From: Chloroflexota bacterium
GTDB lineage: Bacteria; Chloroflexota; UBA11872; VXOZ01
NCBI GenBank assembly: GCA_964291655.2
Contig: OZ219801.1
Coordinates: forward strand, 320,001-384,000
DNA length: 64,000 bases
Direction of reading: 5' to 3'
In this document: positions 41,609 to 50,946 of the stretch, in pieces
How the letters are laid out: the number at the start of each line of letters is the position of its first letter
Position numbering within the stretch: position 1 is the stretch's first letter
Made by a program: the position numbers and the translations under genes
Notes under the pieces: generated by a model
Database searches by the model: none
What the model saw: the letters and a program-made list of their open reading frames with translations, nothing else
Told to the model about the DNA's origin: nothing

Positions 41609-42066
41609 GGCAATTTCCTCCTTTTCCAAAAACTCCTCTCAGCTATGAATTTCCGACATCTCCGGTCTCTTCAGAGTTCCCCTCCGGCGTAACGCACCCC
41701 CACCTCAAGCGACTTTTCGGGGGAGTTTTGTCATCGGGCCGTCGATCTTCTCCGGTGTAGACACCCCCGCCTCAAGCCCGTTCTTGTCATTGCCAACCGA
41801 ACTGGGGACTTTCAACAGATTGCTCACTGTTTACGTCCAATAGGGGCCGATTTATCCCCGTTTTAGCTACGAAATCACGACTTCGGACCCTTCGTCACCA
41901 AACTCCATTTCCTGTACACCCCCAATACTGCACGAGACGGGCCTCCGATAAGAGACCCTGCAAGGTGCCACCCTGCGAGGGGTCTTTTTTCTCATTTGAT
42001 TTGTTCACACTCTCTGCAATCGCTGCGATCTCGTGATTTGCAGCAAACCGCAGGGAGGTGAACAAC

Positions 42067-42672
42067 ATGGCGCTGAAGTTGAAACTCAAGTCAGTTGGAC
42101 GGCTCATTCCGCTGGCAATCGCACTGCTGTTGGCGGCGCTGGTGGCCATCCCCACCAGCGGGATAGCCCAGGCCCAATCTCCGCCCGGCAGCGAGATCAC
42201 CCTGGTCAACGCAGACCGGGAGTTCGTCGAGCGAAAGAAGGGCGGCGAGTTCGTCGCAAGACCAATCTTCGACCGCGAGCTCAAGGACCTCTTCTATGCC
42301 GTCCGCGACGCCGACACCGGCGACTGGATATCCGCCATGTACCGGGTCAGGGGCGGCGAGAAGAAGCGCTCAGACGGCTGGGAGTACTCGTGGGAGTACC
42401 CCAAGCTCGACGAGCAGCCCGATCTCGACCCCGACCGGGCCTACCTGCTGGTCATGCTGGCGGAGGCGGAGGACGGCAAGCGGGGCGACTTCTACACCGT
42501 CGTCCCCATCCACCAGCCTGGCCGCATCTGGGACAAGATTCTTTCGGCTCTGAACCCTGCGAGATGGGCGAGGGCCTTCGCCGGTTGGATGATCGAGGGA
42601 GTCCACGGGACGCTGTGCGGGGTGGTGGAGCGGGCCTCGGGCGAGGACGCCGACAACTGCGGGGGCGGGTAG
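42067..42672 (+). CDS. secreted protein, first gene of the transfer operon
   Basis: Signal peptide ending AQA; RBS GGAGG; coupled to the VirB6-like gene. Confidence 0.75.
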   Translation: MALKLKLKSVGRLIPLAIALLLAALVAIPTSGIAQAQSPPGSEITLVNADREFVERKKGGEFVARPIFDRELKDLFYAVRDADTGDWISAMYRVRGGEKKRSDGWEYSWEYPKLDEQPDLDPDRAYLLVMLAEAEDGKRGDFYTVVPIHQPGRIWDKILSALNPARWARAFAGWMIEGVHGTLCGVVERASGEDADNCGGG

Positions 42673-42675
42673 CCG

Positions 42676-43656
42676 ATGAGCGACATCCTCACCGGGACTC
42701 CCCCTGACCTCACCTACGCCCACGACCTGGTGCAGCAGGCGTGGATGGTCGTCTGGGCCATCACGTCGGGCGCACTGGTGGTCATCCTGGGCTGGATGGG
42801 CCTCTCGCTCATCGTGAGTGAGCACCTGGGCCGACAGCAGGCCGGATGGCGGGAGATGGTTCCCCGCCTCGTGCTGGGCCTTGTGGCCGCCGCGTCTTCC
42901 CTGTGGTGGTGCGCCCTGGTCATCGACGTGGCCGACGCCGTCTCGGGCTTCGTTGCCGCGTCCCTCGACGTCACCGCAGGCGACATGCTCCGCTCCACAC
43001 TGAAGACCCTCTTGACTGCTGTTCAGGCCGGGAGCGTGGGCATGGCCCTGCTGCTGGCACTTCTCTATCTCGTCTACGGCTTCTTCGTGCTCTACGTGAT
43101 CGTGCAGATGGTGCTGCGCCTGGCCCTCATCGACATCCTGCTGGCGTTGGCCCCCATCGCGTTGGGGCTGTGGATTCTGCCGCATACCGCAGGATGGGGA
43201 AGGCACTGGCTCCGGCTCTTCATGACGACGGTGTTCCAGCAGGCCATCCAGCTCATCGCCCTTGCCTTGGGCTTCGGGTTCCTGAACGAGGTGGCGGCGA
43301 TAGCAGCCTTCGAGCCGGTGCAGGACCTGATCTGGAAGCTGTTGATGTCGCTGGCCTTCGTCTACATGGCGACCCGGGTCCCGTCCCTGCTGGGCAACGC
43401 GGGGACCTTCGACTCCTGGCTTTCGATGCTCTATTTCGGGATGAACCTGCCCGCGTCGATGGTGCGCTCCGCGAAGACCATCGGGCTGTTGGCAGGCGGA
43501 GCCGCCGGAGGGCCGGGAGGCGTTGCGGTGGGAGCGGTCGCCGCCAGCGCGGGGTTGTCGGCTGCGTCAAGCGGTCTCAACTCCGCTGCTTCCATGGCGA
43601 CCCCATCGGGCGGTGGAGACATGGGCGGCGATGCCCCAAGGAGCGCCAACGAGTGA
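42676..43656 (+). CDS. VirB6/TrbL-like polytopic T4SS membrane protein
   Basis: Multiple TM segments, LAP.A...W.LP motif, Gly/Ala-rich tail, position in the operon. Confidence 0.8.
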   Translation: MSDILTGTPPDLTYAHDLVQQAWMVVWAITSGALVVILGWMGLSLIVSEHLGRQQAGWREMVPRLVLGLVAAASSLWWCALVIDVADAVSGFVAASLDVTAGDMLRSTLKTLLTAVQAGSVGMALLLALLYLVYGFFVLYVIVQMVLRLALIDILLALAPIALGLWILPHTAGWGRHWLRLFMTTVFQQAIQLIALALGFGFLNEVAAIAAFEPVQDLIWKLLMSLAFVYMATRVPSLLGNAGTFDSWLSMLYFGMNLPASMVRSAKTIGLLAGGAAGGPGGVAVGAVAASAGLSAASSGLNSAASMATPSGGGDMGGDAPRSANE

Positions 43657-43812
43657 CCCCAACAACAACGAACAGGAAATCAACTGAGGCGCGGCTCAGT
43701 CCACGCCGCTAAACACGACGACCGAGGGAGAGAGATGTGCAGCTAGACGGGCGAAGAGAACGAGACCGATAGAGACGAGCGCAAGACTCGAAACACGAGA
43801 GGAGAAAAGCAA

Positions 43813-44112
43813 ATGGAAGACCTTACACAGACCATCTCGAACCTGGTGGGCATCCTGCTGGGAATCGTGGGAGCGGTTGGCGTGGGCTTCTTCATCTACG
43901 GGGCCTACCTGTACCTGACGGCATCGGGAGCGCCCCACCAGATGGAGCGGGGCAAGAGCGCCATGATGACCGCCCTGGCGGGCATCGTCCTTGCCCTGGT
44001 CGCCTATGGCGTCGTGGAGCTGGTGATGAACGCGGTGGTGGACCCTGGCGTGGACATCGAAGACGCCCTGCCCAAACCCAACACGACACCCGAAGCAAGC
44101 GACGGCAGCTAG
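43813..44112 (+). CDS. TrbC/VirB2-like pilin
   Basis: Two TM segments flanking GAYLYLTASG.P...ERGK. Confidence 0.8.
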   Translation: MEDLTQTISNLVGILLGIVGAVGVGFFIYGAYLYLTASGAPHQMERGKSAMMTALAGIVLALVAYGVVELVMNAVVDPGVDIEDALPKPNTTPEASDGS

Positions 44113-44137
44113 CCGGGACGTGAGGAAGGAAAGAGAC

Positions 44138-45820
44138 ATGAGAGAACACGAGGTACCGACCCACGTGCAGGCCGAGGACAGGGTGCTGCTGTGGTTCACG
44201 TTTCCGCAGATCGTGGCGGTCGTGGCAGTGTGTGCCCTGTCCTATGGCGCATACCGCTACGCCCCTGTGGGGCCGTCCGAGGTGCGGATGGGACTCGCCG
44301 TCCTGTTCGGGCTGATGGGCATCGCCGTTGTCGTGGGAAAGATAGGGGGTCGGCGGCTGCCGTTGGTGGCCGCCGACCTGCTGAAGTACCGGCTGGGGGC
44401 GCGGGTCTACGCCGGGGCGGTGTCCCAGCTGGTGCGCCCTGAGCCGCTCGCGCCGGTTCAGCCGGTGAAGAGTGGCCCAGGACCCCTGAGCCTGATGGTG
44501 AAGAAGTCGAAGCGCGTCCTCCGCAGGCTCCGCAAGCTGCGGAACAGGCGGAAGGACCGCCGCAACGGTCGGATGCCGTTTCGTCCCCATGGCTGGTTCG
44601 GCAAGCGCCGCCGGAAGGCGGGCAGGGACAGCCAGAGTCAAGGTCCGAAGGGTTGGATGGCGGTGGTGGCCGTTGTTGCAATGGCGGCGGTCAGCACCGT
44701 CCCCCAGTCGGCCCTTGCCGACGGCCACGAACCCTGGCGAGACGAGATCGACTTCGAACTGACGGAGCCGGTGGAGGGACGGCGGATATTCGTCGAGGGA
44801 CTTTTTGTAAACGGCGACCGCGCCGCAGTGACGCTGAGGGCGGCAACGGACCTGGACATCCGGGTGCGGGCCTTCGGGGGCAACCAGGGCACGGCCCTGC
44901 GTTTCTGGGGATCGGCTTCCCTGGACGAGGGGGAGAGTATCGACTACTCCCTGCCCCTCAACGGCCCAATGCCGTCCTTCACCGTCTCGTGGGAGGACAC
45001 GCTGGGACAGGCCGGGGCGCTCACCGTAACCCCCGACCAGATTCCTTACCCGCTCCCCGAAATCGAAGGCGAGTTGTGCAAACTGAGCACGACCTCCCTC
45101 GGCTGGACGCCGGGAGCAGTCACCGGCGTCGTCGAGTCCGAGTGCGTTGCCGCCATCGAGGAGCCGGTGGAGCTTCAGACGGTGGCCGGGCACCAAAGCG
45201 TCACCGAGACGGCCCTCATGGACGCCGAGGTGACGACCATCACCGGAACCGTCACCGCAGCAACCGGCGCATCGACCATCAGCGTCCCCTTCATCTCCGA
45301 CGGGGAGACCAGCTTCAGGCTCGATGTGCCGACGGGTCAGGCCCTTCACGCCGTGAGCGTGGACGTAAACCTTGAGGCGACTCTCAGTATCCCCATCCCT
45401 CCGCTGACAACGCTCACCCACCACCCGGAGCGGACGGAGAAGCGCACCGAGACGGTGAGTCTGTGGAGGCCGGGTGTGAGCCAGACCGTCAGCGAGACGG
45501 TCACCGTGACCAACGGCGACGGCACGACGACGGAGCACACCATCTCCGCCACGCTGTCGGTGCCCGGTGAGACCGTCCAGAAGGACGTGACCCTCACCAT
45601 CGTCCATCCCGAGCACGTGAAGGCCGAGACGACGGACCGAGCGCCCAACGTCAAGACGAGGAGCGCGTCTCTGGGCCTGGCTTCCGATATTGGGAGTGAC
45701 GACACCTTTTTCGCTCTGGTAGTGCCGGAGCCTGAGCCGATCGATCCGCCCGCCGAGCAGACGCCCGGCGGAGATCTGACCGAGTGGTTCCGCAAAATCG
45801 GATGGGAGTGGCCGTGGTGA
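44138..45820 (+). CDS. PrgI family protein with a large extracellular C-terminal extension
   Basis: HEVPTHVQAEDRVL..FTF.Q N-terminus, two TM segments, long Thr-rich beta region. Confidence 0.75.
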   Translation: MREHEVPTHVQAEDRVLLWFTFPQIVAVVAVCALSYGAYRYAPVGPSEVRMGLAVLFGLMGIAVVVGKIGGRRLPLVAADLLKYRLGARVYAGAVSQLVRPEPLAPVQPVKSGPGPLSLMVKKSKRVLRRLRKLRNRRKDRRNGRMPFRPHGWFGKRRRKAGRDSQSQGPKGWMAVVAVVAMAAVSTVPQSALADGHEPWRDEIDFELTEPVEGRRIFVEGLFVNGDRAAVTLRAATDLDIRVRAFGGNQGTALRFWGSASLDEGESIDYSLPLNGPMPSFTVSWEDTLGQAGALTVTPDQIPYPLPEIEGELCKLSTTSLGWTPGAVTGVVESECVAAIEEPVELQTVAGHQSVTETALMDAEVTTITGTVTAATGASTISVPFISDGETSFRLDVPTGQALHAVSVDVNLEATLSIPIPPLTTLTHHPERTEKRTETVSLWRPGVSQTVSETVTVTNGDGTTTEHTISATLSVPGETVQKDVTLTIVHPEHVKAETTDRAPNVKTRSASLGLASDIGSDDTFFALVVPEPEPIDPPAEQTPGGDLTEWFRKIGWEWPW

Positions 45821-45834
45821 GGAGGGTAGCGGCA

Positions 45835-46134
45835 ATGACGCTTCTGGCCGGAACTGCGCAGGCGACCACCGGCGCGGCCCCGGCGGAGGAGCAGGCAATG
45901 TTGGACGCCTTCGATGCGGTGTTGACCGCGATGACCTACGCCGCATCGGGTCTATGCCTCTTTGCCATCGTCTGGGCGGGCTTCGTCCTGATGGCCGAGG
46001 GAGGCGAGGAGCGCGGCGGAGGCAAGGCCAGGACCGCCGTGGTAATGGCTGTTGTGGGCCTGGTTCTGGTGCTGTCGGCCAAGGGCGTCGCGGCCCTGCT
46101 GAGCAGCGGACTGGTGGACTTCCCAACACCCTAG
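45835..46134 (+). CDS. second TrbC/VirB2-like pilin
   Basis: Two TM segments around WAGF.LM..GG...GKA; RBS GGAGG. Confidence 0.7.
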   Translation: MTLLAGTAQATTGAAPAEEQAMLDAFDAVLTAMTYAASGLCLFAIVWAGFVLMAEGGEERGGGKARTAVVMAVVGLVLVLSAKGVAALLSSGLVDFPTP

Positions 46135-46154
46135 AGGAAAAGGAACCTATCGAA

Positions 46155-48398
46155 TTGAAGAAGCTTATTGACCGAATCAGAGGACGAGAACCGGAGCCTT
46201 CACACGAGGGCGCTCCAAAGCTTCCGCCCGACCTTTCCCTGTTCTTCATGCTGTCGCACCTGAACGACGACGGCCCCGTGCGTTTGGACGGGGTGAAGCT
46301 CGGCGTGTGCGAGGTGATGGGGCTGGAGCTCGACGAGCCGAAGCTGGGAGCCTTTGCCGGGGCGCTCAACGCCCTCGATTTCCCCGTCCAGCTTCTCGTC
46401 AGGCAGCACCCGCCGCGTCTTGGCGGACTGCGTCAGAAGCTGCAAGAGGCCCAACCCGAGAACCTTCCCCCGCAGACGAGGGCGGCGTCGAAGTCTCTCC
46501 AGCGTCTATTGACCGAACTAGAGGCGCGCGACGGCATCCTCGACCGTCGCTTCTATGCCGTGTGCGTGTTCCCCCGCATCGACGAGCTGCGGGGCCTGCT
46601 GGCGCGGGCCTGGCTGTCCGTCCACCCGCTGAGGGGACGCCAGCTTCAGATGTTCATGGTAGCGGCCGTCCTGGGCGGCTCGCCAACCGACGTGGACGAG
46701 AACGAGGGGGTTGAGGTTCAGGTCAACCGCAGGGACATGCGCGTCGGCGACCGCCTGGTGCGCTCCCTGCATCTGGGCAAGTGGCCGAGGTCGTTGGCCC
46801 CCGGCTTCCTGCAAGGGCTGATGGCGGCGGGAGCGCCGATGGACCTGTCCATCCACCTGGGGCCGATACCCGCGGAGCAGGCGGCGAGGACGCTGGAGTG
46901 GCAGAAGGTGCGCTTCGAGTCGGCCCAGTCGCTGTCCTTCAAGCGGGGACGCACCATGTCCCCCGAGGCGGAGATCGCCCTGGAGGACGTGACCCGCCTG
47001 CGGGACGAGGTGCAGCGCGGACGAGAACGGCTCTTCCATTCCTCTCTTTCCGTGACCCTTCATGCCAAAGGCGAGGCGTCGCTGAAGGAGATGACCCAGC
47101 GGGCCAAGGCCCACTTCGCTGCCACCCTCGGCAAACTGGACAACCTCGCCTTCCGGCAGAGGGATGGGCTGCTTTCGACCCTGCCCCTTGCACTGAACGC
47201 CGTGGCCGAGTGGCGCACGCTGGACACGTCGTCTTTGGCGAGATTGTTCCCCTTCTCTCCTCCAGACCTGGACACGCGGAGCGGCACCCTCTACGGAATC
47301 GACATGCGGGCCTGCTCCCCGGTGGTCTACGACCCCTGGGACGGAACCCACCTCAACGCCAACACCGCCGTCCTCGCAAGGTCGGGATCAGGGAAATCAT
47401 TTGCCACCAAGCTGGGTGTACTCAGGGGATTGACGCGAGGCGTGACGGCCTACGTCATCGATCCGGAGGGTGAGTACGCCGACATGGCGAGGGCTGCGGG
47501 TGGGCGCGTCCTCTCACCGGGAGTCCCCGGCCAGGGCATGAACCCCTTCGTCATCGACCGGGGCGACGACGAGGAACTGCTCCAGCGCATCGGCAGCCTA
47601 AGACGGCTCATCGAGGTGATGGTGGGAGAGAGCCTCGGCGCGGAGCGCAGGGCATCCCTCGACCACGCACTGGCGGGCTACTACGCCCAGACCCGCGAGC
47701 GCACCGGCTTCCGAGATTTCTACGCCTACCTGGAAGGGCAAGCCGAGGACATAGCGCATCTGCTGCGTCCCTTCGCCACCGGCAGCCTGCGCAACCTGCT
47801 CTCCGACGAAGGGGACGACCTTCTCGGGAGCGAAGCTCTCGTAACGGTCTTCGACCTGCACCTGCTGGAGCCGGAGCTTAGGCCCGCAGCAGCAATGGTC
47901 TGCACCGAGACGGTGTGGGCGGCTGCGGCGCAGAACCCCAAGCCGAGGCTTCTGGTCGTGGACGAGGTGTGGTCGATCATGCAGCACCCCGAAGGGGCCG
48001 CGTTCATGGTCAGCATGGCAAAGAGAGCAAGAAAACACCGGCTGGGGTTGCAGTTCATCACCCAGGACGTGCAGGACCTCCTCTCCGAGGACTCTTCGAG
48101 AACCATCACCGGCCACAGCGGGAGGGCGCTGCTTCAGAACGCCGCCTTTAAGCTGCTGCTTCAGCAGGACGCGGCGGCCATCTCAACCGTGGGCGACGCC
48201 TTCGACCTGCCCGAAGACCTTCAAAGGTGGCTGCTGTCCTGCCCTCGCGGGGACGGGCTGCTGCTGGCGAGAGGACAGCGATTCCCCGTACGCATCGAGG
48301 CCACCCCTGAGGAGACAGCAGTAATTGAGTGGAGACCGGGCAGCCACGGGCGACAGCCCTCTCCACCGCCGGACGAGGACGAAGAGACGGACACATAG
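46155..48398 (+). CDS. VirB4-like conjugation ATPase
   Basis: ARSGSGKS Walker A, VIDPEGEY, VVDEVW, KRARK...ITQ. Confidence 0.92.
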   Translation: MKKLIDRIRGREPEPSHEGAPKLPPDLSLFFMLSHLNDDGPVRLDGVKLGVCEVMGLELDEPKLGAFAGALNALDFPVQLLVRQHPPRLGGLRQKLQEAQPENLPPQTRAASKSLQRLLTELEARDGILDRRFYAVCVFPRIDELRGLLARAWLSVHPLRGRQLQMFMVAAVLGGSPTDVDENEGVEVQVNRRDMRVGDRLVRSLHLGKWPRSLAPGFLQGLMAAGAPMDLSIHLGPIPAEQAARTLEWQKVRFESAQSLSFKRGRTMSPEAEIALEDVTRLRDEVQRGRERLFHSSLSVTLHAKGEASLKEMTQRAKAHFAATLGKLDNLAFRQRDGLLSTLPLALNAVAEWRTLDTSSLARLFPFSPPDLDTRSGTLYGIDMRACSPVVYDPWDGTHLNANTAVLARSGSGKSFATKLGVLRGLTRGVTAYVIDPEGEYADMARAAGGRVLSPGVPGQGMNPFVIDRGDDEELLQRIGSLRRLIEVMVGESLGAERRASLDHALAGYYAQTRERTGFRDFYAYLEGQAEDIAHLLRPFATGSLRNLLSDEGDDLLGSEALVTVFDLHLLEPELRPAAAMVCTETVWAAAAQNPKPRLLVVDEVWSIMQHPEGAAFMVSMAKRARKHRLGLQFITQDVQDLLSEDSSRTITGHSGRALLQNAAFKLLLQQDAAAISTVGDAFDLPEDLQRWLLSCPRGDGLLLARGQRFPVRIEATPEETAVIEWRPGSHGRQPSPPPDEDEETDT

Positions 48399-48423
48399 AG
48401 ATTCCTTAAAGAGGAGAAGAAAA

Positions 48424-50946
48424 GTGAAACTGAACCCTAAAGACATCCTGTTTGGCGACGACAAGGAGAAGAAGCCTGTACTACTTGCGGTGACGCCGCC
48501 GAGGACGGGAGAGCGCACGCTGCTCGGCGTGGAGAACCTGCTCCAGTCCATCGCGGTGCCGGAGCCCTTCTCCCTGGAGCTTGCCGGGGACATGGACGGC
48601 GTGACGCTGATGGCACGCTGCTTCGACGACCGGGTGGTGAGGGGTCAGATAGCCGCCCACTACCCACAGGCACGGATAGAGGAGGTGCACCCCGGAGAAG
48701 ACCCGCTGTGGCTCAGGGAGGGAGAGCAGGCGTGGTCGATGACGCTCAGGGCCGACGGCCCCGAGTACGTCCCGTTGCGCACCTTCCGCGATGACGACTT
48801 CCTCGACCCCGGCTCGGACCCCCTCATCGCCCTCATGGGAGCGCTGTCCTCCCTCTACGAGGGCGAACGGGTGGTGGCTCGCCTGATGCTGCGCTCCCTC
48901 GGCCCCGACTGGTCGCAACATCACCTCGAAAAGGCCCACAAACGGCCCGGCATGGAGCAGCGGGAGCCCTCCTACACCTACCAGACCAAGCCCCTACAGA
49001 TGGACGGGGTGACCATGGCCGTCCTCGGCATCGGTGCTCTGGCCGCCCTCCAGGGATACCTGTGGGTGCAGGACGGAGAGACATGGAAGACGGTGCTACT
49101 CGGCGTCGGCACGGCTCTCGGTCTGGGAGTCGGAGGCTGGGCCTGGCACCGCTTCAAGAAGTCCAGGAACCGGGTCGAAGACCCCTTGCTCATACGCGAA
49201 AAAGTCTCCCGCATCGCGTTCGACGCCGAGATACAGGTCACGGCGCTCATGCCTGCCGACACAGGGCATGAGCGAGCGGAGGAGCTCCTGAAGAGGGTGG
49301 CCGCCGCCTACCGCCACTTCGACAACCCCGCCGGAGCACGGTTCAAGGTCGGCAAGGTCCAGGCTGCGGTCCCAGAGCCCTCGCTGCTTCACCCTTCAGG
49401 CCCCGGCCTGTTCGGCAGGCGCAGTGTGCTGGGCGTCCGCGAGGCGGCCTGCCTGTGGCACCCGCCGGGAGCCGGTGACGAAACGCCCATGGTGGAGCGC
49501 TCCGGCGCACGAGCGCTCAGTCCATCTGCTAAGGGTGTCAGGGGCGGCGCGCTGGTGGGGGACACCACCGCAGGGACTAAGAGGGAGATCAGATTCCCCG
49601 AGGACTTGCTTCGCCGGCACCACCTCTACGTGGCGAGAACCCGCATGGGCAAGTCAACGCTGATGCACCACATCGTCACCCACAAGATGCGGGAGAAGGC
49701 GGCGGGCAGGGACCCCGACGCCATCGTCGTCATCGACCCCCACACCGACTTGGTGGCGGGCATCCTCGAACACGTCCCCGAATCCCTCGCCGACAAAGTG
49801 AAGCTCATCGATCTGTCCGACGAGACCCGCTCCCCTGGCATCAACCTGCTGGACACCCGCGTCTTCGCCGACCGGGACCGCACCGCCGACTCGGTGGTCA
49901 GGGTGGCGAAGGGCCTGTGGGACCAGTGGGGGCCGAGGATGCAGTCCATCCTGGAGCAGACCGTCAAGACGCTGCACGAGGCCAACGAGCAGATGGAGGC
50001 GGAGCAGCAGTACACCATCCTGGACGGCCTGAAGCTGCTGTCGGACGAGGCGTTCGGCAAGGAGGTGCGCAAGAGGGTCTCGGACCCCTATCTGTTGGAG
50101 TGGTGGGCCAGGGACTTCGGCAAGTGGGGTCATCAGTACAAGGCCGAGGCGCTCGCTCCCGTGCAGACCCGCCTCTCCTACTACGCGTCTTCAAAGCGGG
50201 CGCGGGCCATCCTGGGCCAGCGCCGCTCCACCATCGACCTGCGCCGCACCATCCACGACGGCGGCGTACTGCTCGTCTCCACCTCCCAGGGCACCGTCGG
50301 CAGGGACGTGGCCGCACTGGTGGGCGCTTCCCTCCTCAACCTGGTGGACGCCGTGATACGGGAGCAGGGAAGCCTGCCCTTGCACCAGCGCCGAGGCGCG
50401 CTGGTTGTGGTGGACGAGATGCAGTCCATGCCCGGCGTGGACTACGAGTCGATGCTCAGCGAGCTGGGGAAGTTCGGAGCGTCGTTCATCCTCGCCACCC
50501 AGAGCCTGGCCAAGCTGGACGACCTCTCCCTCACCATGCGGGACACCATCCTCGCCAACGTGGGCTGCCTGGCCATCTTCCAGGTGGCGGGCAACGACGC
50601 CAGGACCCTGGTGTGGGAGCTGGGCAAGGACCGGGTGACCGAGGACGACATCGTGTCGCTCCCCGTCCACCACTGCTACGTCCGCGCAACCGTGGGAACG
50701 GAACGGATGCCGGCCTTCTCAATGGAGGTGCGCAAGCCCGAGGAGGGAGACCCCGCCGTGGCAAACGGCATCCGCGAGGCGGCAACCGCGTACACGGTCT
50801 CTTCCCGGCAGGCGGACTACACCGACGCCGAGGGTAACAGGAAGGTGGATGACTACCACAAGGGCGTCGAAGAGTTAGAGAAGGCCGAACAGGGGGGACA
50901 GCAGGAGGCGAAGCAGGCGGAGCAACAAGAGGAGGCCGAAGGATGA
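48424..50946 (+). CDS. VirD4/TraD-like type IV coupling protein
   Basis: Two TM segments, ARTRMGKST Walker A, VIDPH.DL, VVDEMQ, LATQ.L..L. Confidence 0.88.
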   Translation: MKLNPKDILFGDDKEKKPVLLAVTPPRTGERTLLGVENLLQSIAVPEPFSLELAGDMDGVTLMARCFDDRVVRGQIAAHYPQARIEEVHPGEDPLWLREGEQAWSMTLRADGPEYVPLRTFRDDDFLDPGSDPLIALMGALSSLYEGERVVARLMLRSLGPDWSQHHLEKAHKRPGMEQREPSYTYQTKPLQMDGVTMAVLGIGALAALQGYLWVQDGETWKTVLLGVGTALGLGVGGWAWHRFKKSRNRVEDPLLIREKVSRIAFDAEIQVTALMPADTGHERAEELLKRVAAAYRHFDNPAGARFKVGKVQAAVPEPSLLHPSGPGLFGRRSVLGVREAACLWHPPGAGDETPMVERSGARALSPSAKGVRGGALVGDTTAGTKREIRFPEDLLRRHHLYVARTRMGKSTLMHHIVTHKMREKAAGRDPDAIVVIDPHTDLVAGILEHVPESLADKVKLIDLSDETRSPGINLLDTRVFADRDRTADSVVRVAKGLWDQWGPRMQSILEQTVKTLHEANEQMEAEQQYTILDGLKLLSDEAFGKEVRKRVSDPYLLEWWARDFGKWGHQYKAEALAPVQTRLSYYASSKRARAILGQRRSTIDLRRTIHDGGVLLVSTSQGTVGRDVAALVGASLLNLVDAVIREQGSLPLHQRRGALVVVDEMQSMPGVDYESMLSELGKFGASFILATQSLAKLDDLSLTMRDTILANVGCLAIFQVAGNDARTLVWELGKDRVTEDDIVSLPVHHCYVRATVGTERMPAFSMEVRKPEEGDPAVANGIREAATAYTVSSRQADYTDAEGNRKVDDYHKGVEELEKAEQGGQQEAKQAEQQEEAEG

